64,000 bases of DNA from Chrysomallon squamiferum. Taxonomy: Eukaryota > Animalia > Mollusca. Shown in pieces: positions 55,601-64,000 of the stretch. The stretch covers positions 15,376,001-15,440,000 of the forward strand of contig CM022677.1 in NCBI GenBank assembly GCA_012295275.1, written 5' to 3'. How positions within the stretch are numbered: the stretch's first letter is position 1; each line of letters begins with the position of its first letter. Below the pieces are notes generated by a model. It saw nothing but the letters and a program-made list of their open reading frames with translations. It was not told where the DNA came from and made no database searches. The position numbers were made by a program, and so were the translations under genes.

Positions 55601-58600
55601 CAAAAATAAATCACCTTCTTCATTTTTTTCATCATTTCTTTCTTTATTTATTTATTTTGCTATTTTGTTTCTGTATATTTTTACTTATTATGTGTTTTGT
55701 TGTTCTCTCATATATAAACTTCTCTTTGAGTATTTAATTTCTTGTACATTTTGAACCGATTGTAGTCTCCGTTATTGTCATTATTGTACGTTTTGCGTTC
55801 AAAATGAATCGTGGAACCGAATTATGGAAACAATTGATGTATTACTGAAATTTGAATAAAAATGTTATGCTATTTTTATATTGAATAGTTTGTTGTATTA
55901 ACATACACAAATTAACATAAGAGAGATAGACAAACATAAGGATAGATTTATACCAGAGCGCTAAAACTTAGTTGTACAGAAGTAGTTTGTTGTTATCTTC
56001 TGACTGAACACACTGTCAACCAGGTACAAGGGAATTTAATCAGAAAGATCCCGCGATCTAGAATTCATTCTAGAACCATTTATACAAGTTTTTCTACGTC
56101 CCAAAGACACAGTGACAGATATATTAACAACAAATTCCGCGACTTACAATTCATTTTAGCACTATTTATACAATGACAAATACAAATGACAAATGTATTA
56201 ACGTGGTATTTTACTGAGTTTTCTACAAATTACGTTGCATTTACTCTTACTAGCTGTTTTTATAATACAGTGAGGTGTATATATAAAAACGAATATTTTG
56301 TTAACAATACTATTATAGTGATGATTTTTTACACGGCATAATGAAAAAAAGAGGTTTGTAGTCTACATGATTTTTACATAGATATTTAGATATTTAGGAT
56401 TTCTTCGCTAATATAGTTACGCAGATCTAATACTACGCTGTAAATTACAATAAAAGATGAAGCAGTAATATTAACAGAATATTTTTAAAAATTCAGCTGT
56501 TTCCAGACTAACGTCCTTTGTCTTATTAAAATAACTAGATTACAGAAGAGGTTCATGGAATAAAAGTGAAAAAAAGCTGGATTAGGTTGATATAAATAAG
56601 AAATTATATTGATAATTAGAGTTTATGCCGAATAACTTTTATTTTATTAGCAACAGTATAGAAAAAGAAATGAAGTTAATCAGGAAGGACATTCCGTAAT
56701 TTATTGAAGATTCTGGGCTTCTCCTAAAATATAAAATGTTAGTATCGCCAATTATGAATATATTCTGTGATGTAGATAATAAAATATAATATTAATTTCC
56801 CACGTAAACAACATAAATGGTGCAGTCAGAATTAAATTGAGTCTTATAAAAAATTATAGTGTAAGTAGCAGTATTCTTAAATAAAAATATGTTATTTTTG
56901 CACAGTCCTAACTTATTTGTATAAAAAGTGTTTGTGTTACAAAAGATACGGGATATCTCAAGTTGAAAGTACGGTCATCAGTGTTAAAGTAAAAAAGAAG
57001 AAAACGTTTTTTTTTCATTTATTCCCGTTATCAGAATAGTTTATAGTTGAGTCTGTTAGTCCCTATTAACATGAGCGCAGTGCATACTTCAGTTTTCATT
57101 AATAACTCTTAACATTATTTATTCATTAATATTAATATCGAAGTAGTTCTTGTATTTGTGATTATACATTGCGGTTCCATAAACAAGAGATTCTCGTGTA
57201 ATTAATATGGATAACGGAATATCACATTAAACTTTTTGTTTATGTTTAATAATTCAAAACTTTACTGAGTAACAGTATGCTGTATATTTCTCCAAATTCA
57301 AGTACTGTCCACGAGTAAATATCATTATTTCAATCTACTGTGATTATTTTAATGATCATTTTAGTCTATAATATAATAAAATGTCTTTTGTGATTCTCCT
57401 ATGAAATAAAAGGATAAGCTTACAGTTGCTATTATTATATTCAATGGTGCAGCTATTAGAAAGCAATATCAATGATAACAAAATTGTAAATTGTTTTCAC
57501 TATAAACTGTTTTGACGATATTAAAGTTCTACAACTCTATATGCGTAACCCGTGACACGTGTTTTTCTCACTGTGTCCAGTTTATTCTACAAACAGTTTC
57601 TACTGACAGAAAAGAAACAAAGTAAATTCCTCTCTGAATTTCATGTGAAAACCTAGAATGCTCATCACATTAAAAAATGATAATTATTTTTGAGGAGTTA
57701 ATTTTTTTAAATTTTATTTATTTATTATATTTATTTCTTTTATTTTTTCTTAATTTTTTTAATTTTTTAATTAATTAAATATAATTTTTTTATGATTCTA
57801 ATAATATATTATTTGTTTGCACCGACGTACATACATTTGGAAACTGCTTTAATTCGAGGTGAATTTAATGTATTTTTTTAAATAAGTAAGAATTTAAATA
57901 GGTAAGTAAATAAATAAAGGATGACAAACTATGTTTATAAATTAATTTTTCAGTGTTTATAATTTAAAAAAATACTTCAATATCACCTTTTCAGTCTCTA
58001 TTTAAAATTTAACAACTTACTAATATTTCCCTTCTTTCTGAAATTTAGATATAGAACATTATTTTTTCATGGATTTGCATATCTGCAATATGTTATTAAC
58101 AAATGGAAATTATCGTTGAAATCCTATTTTTCTGTGTGTAATTAAATTTAACATATCGAACATTTCTACTTCATTGTTTGTTATTATTCTCGCGATGTTT
58201 ATCGTTGGAAAACAAACGTATACATATTAAAAATCACATTTTCTCCTCTGCTGCTAGTAAATAAAATATATAGGTCAAGTTAAGGGTAGAAAGGTTCGGT
58301 AGAAGTGATAAAGTAAACTGATTGTTCATAATAAAAAATTTAAATTGTATTCGATGATTAATTTAGTCGTATAAACAGTTGTTATTTTTGCATAAGGTAA
58401 GAATTATTAGCATGTTGATGATATTTACTTTAACTTGGAGAAGCCCTATCTATATATATAGCTTGTTTAGTTTGTAGTTTTGAATTATTGTTGTTATTAT
58501 TGTTATTATTGTTATTATTATTATTATCGTATATTAGTTATATATAACTGTGATTGACAAAAAAATATCATATTAATAATGCGGAATTTCACCTTTTACT

Positions 58601-59167
58601 GTAATATCACGTTTACTTTTTATAATCTCTAATATTAACAAACAGAACATTTCTCTCGCAGTTCCTCTCTACATTTCTTAATATTAACACGACACATGTA
58701 ATTATCATCATAATAATAAATAAAAAAATTGAGGTGCAGAAATACTCAGACAAAAAGAGTTCAAAGTCACCGATGACGGAAAAAAAAAAAAAAAAAAAAA
58801 AAAAAAATTAGAGAATTGGAGTAAACCTTACTACTGATTCAGATTATCTGACTGATGTTTTTAAACAACTTAACAATGATATATGTGTAAGCATAATCGT
58901 TTAAAAATAGCTCAGCAAATAATTAGGGGAAACATTTAATTCCTTATTATTATTATTATTAACAAAAATATTTTTAAAAAAATGTTCATTGTATGTCTTT
59001 CAAAACAAAATAAACACAAACAAAAAATTCGAATCTATAGTAAATAAAATAAAATTGTTGTGTTTTTCCTATCTTTTGTGTTTGTTTTAACATATCACAG
59101 TTTAGATATGGTTAGAACAGGAAATTATGTTAGAGAAAACTGAAAAGAATTAATACAGCTCTGCTCA

Positions 59168-59290
59168 CTATTATTATAATTATCATCTACAGGCTACTTA
59201 CTATTATTATAATTATCATCTACAGGCTACTTACTATTATTATAATTATCATCTACAGGCTACTTACTATTATTGTAATTATCATCCACT
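59168..59290. repeat. 33-bp minisatellite, about 3.7 copies
   Basis: CTATTATTATAATTATCATCTACAGGCTACTTA at 59168, 59201, 59234 and 59267. Confidence 0.95.
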
Positions 59291-60280
59291 AACTCTCACT
59301 TTTATTATAATTATCTGTTCACACACACTTGATAAATAACTGGTTTCTAAATTCTGGTTTGTACATCTTTGCAGGCTATTATATTATTTAAAATCATCTT
59401 TTTAGGCTAAATAAAAGTAATTAACAATTATCATAATATAAATAAATAAATAAATAAAAAATAACTTTAAAAAGTCTAAGTATTTGTCATTATAATTATG
59501 TCTACATCTGTATATAAAAATTATCTTATATACGTTCTGTATTTTTGTAAACACATCTAAGGCTTAACACTATTAAATGTTTTTATCATTAACCTGACTA
59601 TCAAGACCATAATGTATCTACAAACAAAACCTTATATAATCATCTAATATGTTAGAAACTGTATTATTGAAAATTATCATCCATCATGCTACTCAGTTTT
59701 AAATATAATTATCTGTTCACACACAATCTCATAAATAACTAAGTTTCTCAGTTTCTGTTTGTCACATCTTTTGCAGATTATATACTTTAAAACACTTTTT
59801 TTAGAAAAATATAAAAACTTAACAAATTATAATTAAATAAATAAATAAAAACAACTTTGAAAAAAACTAAGTAAACTTGTAATCTGTCTCTTAAAATGTA
59901 AACAGCTGAAAAAAAATTTCATATATATGTTCTGTATTTTGGGCCAACACATAAGAACCTTAACACTATGTTTTAATAATTAATGTGACTGTGTATGTAC
60001 AAACAAAACCTGTATAATCAGTATTTTAGTAACTGTAGTTTTAAAAACATGTGATGCATGTGTGCTGCTGTGTGTTTAATAATAATGACAATTCTTGCAT
60101 ATAATTTCAGAGAAAAGCTAACTCTTCAGTTTCTGTTAAGTCACACTGTACACTGGCTATAACTGAAATTCATTTCAGATATTTGCACTGAGGATGTTTG
60201 TAATGCTACATAATTACATTTATCTAAGAAAACAAGTAAACTGTAATCTGTCTCTTAAAATAAAACAGCTGAAAAAAACA
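59276..60280. repeat. Diverged tandem duplication of about 370-400 bp (2-2.5 copies)
   Basis: TATAATTATCTGTTCACACACA at about 59306 and 59704; TGTAATCTGTCTCTTAAAAT..AACAGCTGAAAAAAA at about 59878 and 60242. Confidence 0.8.
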
Positions 60281-61157
60281 TTTATCATTCTTTGTATTTA
60301 TGGGTGTGTTGTATGGGTGTTTGTTTATTTTTCAATATGTGTGATCATGAATATGTTTCTAGTGTGTGTATGTGTTTGTTTTTGATGTTTGTATTTTGTA
60401 TGTATGTATGCATATGTTTCTGTGTTAGTATATTATGTATAATTATGTGCATATATTTGTGTAAGTCTGTATCTGCATGTATCTATGAATGACTAGGTTT
60501 GTATTTCTGTGCGTTTGCATGTGTCTGTTATGTTTGTAATCAATGGATAATATGCCTGTATTGTGTTCAGATATGTTTGTATCTGAACGTGTAAAACAAC
60601 AAAAACAAATGTGTATCTGTGTGTTTAGAACTTTATGTGTGTTTTATGGGTGAATTTTTTATTTAGTCAAATTATCTAGTGAAAATGAATAAAATGTTTA
60701 TGAATTAATTATTTTAATTTTTTTTTTTAATAAATAGTTACTAATTAGAATATGTTAAAATAAAAATAAACATATTCCATAAATTACACAATTAAAAACC
60801 CTCATAATTCATCATGAACTAATGAATACACATGTTTGTATTACTGTATGTGTGCATACCTAGGTTTCCATACAATCAAACAGTCAAATAAAACACAGGT
60901 TCAGAAAATATTATCACAACACACCATAAAATACAACAAAACAAATCACTGATAATAAAGACACATTCATCTAGAACTATATATACAGAAAGATACACAC
61001 ACTTACATACATACATATATACATATAACATCACCATAAAAACTAACACATCATGCAAAGATAATTATGTAGAAACAAAATGACATAAAAGAGACAAGAG
61101 GTTTATAAAAATATCACTTGTTTGTAGGTAAAAAGATGATGGACGAGTGATAGAAAC

Positions 61158-61812
61158 AGAAAACACCAGTAACACAGTCAGTGATAACAAGTAACACAGT
61201 CAAAAACACAGTTCAGTCAGAAACTAGCTTAAAGAGAACAGCAGTCACACAGTCAGAAAACAGCAGTAACACAGTCAGTGAAAACACCAGTAACACAGTC
61301 AGTGAAAACAGTTCAGTCAAAACACAAAGTAACACAGTCAGTGAAAACACAGTTCAGTCAAAACTAGCTTAAAGAGAACAGCAGTAACACAGTCAGTGAA
61401 AACACAGTTCAGTCAGAAACCAGCTTAAAGTAAACAGCAGTAACACAGTGAAAACACAGTTCAGTCAGAAACTAGCTTAAAGAGAACAGCAGTAACACAG
61501 TCAGTGAAAACACAGTTCAGTCAGAAACCAGCTTAAAGAGAACAGCAGTAACACAGTCAGTGAAAACAGCAGTAACACAGTCAGTGAAAACACAGTTCAG
61601 TCAGAAACCAGCTTAAAGAGAACAGCAGTAACACAGTCAGTGAAAACACAGTTACACAGTCAGTGAAAACACAGTTCAGTCAAAAACCAGCTTAAAGAGA
61701 ACAGCAGTAACACAGTCAGTGAAAACACCAGTAACACAGTCAGTGAAAACACCAGTAACACAGTCAGTGAAAACACAGTTCAGTCAGAAACAAGCTTAAA
61801 GAGAACAGCAGC
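61158..61812. repeat. Modular (two-subunit) minisatellite, about 650 bp
   Basis: Module A (AGTAACACAGTCAGTGAAAAC(ACC/AGC)) and module B (ACAGTTCAGTCAGAAACCAGCTTAAAGAGAACAGC) in variable order. Confidence 0.95.
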
Positions 61813-63649
61813 ACAAAGTGGTGATGAAACAACTACAGCAACAACAGCAGATGTGAAGAAAACAGAAACATTTCTGAAAATAAGAGAGAAGACAAAAGTA
61901 AACCTATGACAAATAAATAATCATAATAATCATAATCATAACAATAATAATAATAATCATTATGATAATAATAATAATCATTATCATAATAATAATAATT
62001 ATTATTATTATTATGATAATATTAATAACAGTAATATAATAATAAGAATGAATAACAACAATGATAAAGAAATAAAGTTCTCTATAACTTGTTTACTGAT
62101 GAATTGCTTAATCACAGATTTACTGTTTTTGTAAAAACAATATTGTTGTCATGATGTAATGTTTTAATACACAGAAAAGGTGAAAATAAATAATAATTAA
62201 GGTGACAGCTATTTTCATATAAAATATATTTTGGTACTTTAATAAGTTAGAATTTAAACTGTTTTCACTAAAACAGTAATATCCATTTCAAGATGTTGCA
62301 TTTTGATTTTGTCATCTTTCTCAAAGAAATTTTAAAATAATATGTCTGATCAAAGGATATCTTTACTTTCATATAAAATTTATTGGCATACTGAAATAAG
62401 TTATGAAATAAAAATTTTTTTTAAGAAAGTTAATTTATTTCTGTACAGCTAATATTTTGTTAACTGTTTATATATTTTAATACAAATATGAGTTTCAATA
62501 CATTACAAATAAACTTATTAGTTGTTGATATTTGTCGTTAACTTATAGCATCTGTGCTATCTCAATCCAGCCATGGATGTAAACCAAATAATACAGATCT
62601 TTATAATACACACTGTTTTAGTCACCATGACAATATATATATTTCATTTACAGGTTGCCATGGCTATTTTTTATGTATTTTAAATAAAACTCTGTTTTCA
62701 GGGAATGTGGGTAGACTGGAGGTTGTACAGTGAAATGTGTGTCAGACTTACCCATTTTTATTTTACTTTTTATTTTATTTTATTTTTTTAAAAATTTGGA
62801 ATATGTACCCAAGTAATCAGTGTAATAAAGTAAAAATATTCAAAAAATATTTTTTTTATAATATGACATAATACCCGTCTTTGTACATTCTTTATATTAA
62901 GATTTGTTGTTTTTTGGGTGTGTTTTTTTTTTTGCTGTTGTTAAAAAGAAATATCTCCACATTGTATTAAATATTATAAAAAAAAAAAAAAAAAATTATT
63001 TCCATTTTATTTGTTGTTATTTTATATATTTTTAGAATTATATCAAATATTATTTATATTTTTTATTGTTGTTTTTTTATTAGAAAGAAATGTATCAACA
63101 TTGAAATACTAATTTATTATTATTACATTAAGAGAGTTTTATTTCTCCTTTCATCATTGTTGTTATCACACAATGGTTTGAGGATCACATTAAATAATAA
63201 TTAGAATAGCTTCATTTATCTTTTTATTGTTGTATATTTTTAAAATTATCTTAAATATTATTAAAATATTTTTATTTTTTATTGTTGTTTTTGTAGTTAT
63301 TACTGTATCAGATTTTATAATTATATTAAATATTAAAATAGTTTTATTTATTTATTTATTTACTTTTTTAGGTTATTACTTGATCTATTTAGAATTATAT
63401 ATACACATACACACACATATATTATCATGTATCTATCTTATTCCTGTATTCAATATTCTGATCCATTAGTAACCATCCATGTATGATCAATGCATCTCAC
63501 TAGTTACCTACACATCAATGTCTGTATAACTACCTTACAGATCTATTTTTCTGTATGTCTTTCTATCTATAAACACACTTAAATATATGTCTAGAACTGA
63601 AAATATAGAATAAACCATTCTTACACATGCATATATGTTACAGTCAATA

Positions 63650-63755
63650 TGTGAAACTAGTCATTTAGCCTAACACCCAAAACCATCAGGAATTAGGCCT
63701 AATGAGTAAAATGTCAAGGAATTAGACCAAATAACTGAATTTTCCTAGGCATTGT
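63650..63755 (+). mobile_element. Possible left terminus of a Ginger2-like element
   Basis: Starts TGTGA and carries AGTCATTTAGCCTAA, ATTAGGCCTAATGA and ATTAGACCAAAT repeats resembling the reverse complement of 47300-47378. Confidence 0.35.
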
Positions 63756-64000
63756 TTGACATCTGCCTGATAGTAATTCAGACAATCAGTCAAGCAGGTT
63801 TAATGCTTTGCAACATCATTAGTGGTTCAATTCAATTCTATATTATTCTAAGCTTTACAGCTTATTGATATACATTGTCAATAATAATAACAAAAAAAAG
63901 GTAAAAAAGAAAACAATTACAAATAGTGACAGTGTGATAAAAAGAGAAAAATCCTTTGGAGAATGTTAATAGAAGACAAATTATGTCTAACCAAAATTTT

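Noticed and set aside
61158-61812. CRISPR-like array
   Set aside because: No unique spacers, no cas genes, eukaryotic context; it is a modular minisatellite.

Overview
AT-rich, microsatellite-dense animal genomic DNA with GT-AG introns. It is probably molluscan or lophotrochozoan, inferred from the TRIM subfamily style and the transposon content. The window holds: (1) a 0.3-14 kb patchwork of duplicated non-coding blocks at roughly 3.4-4.4 kb spacing, including a decayed LINE RT; (2) a spliced plus-strand TRIM-like gene (RING, coiled coil, NHL-type propeller, no B-box) at 15124-17075, with two 1-nt frame slips in a repetitive linker; (3) two broken minus-strand paralogues of MCC (Mutated in Colorectal Cancer) at about 21.1-26.8 kb and 50.0-55.2 kb, whose exon deletions are largely complementary, so together they cover most of the protein; (4) decayed TEs (I/Nimb-like LINE, hAT-type non-autonomous element, Ginger2-like, piggyBac, RTE-X-like LINE, MULE); (5) several minisatellites and a 200-N scaffold gap. 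I found no convincing new biological system. The best leads are the reciprocal MCC decay, the B-box-less frameshifted TRIM-NHL gene, and tandem arrays built from splice-acceptor junctions. Homology calls come from recalled motifs, not database searches.
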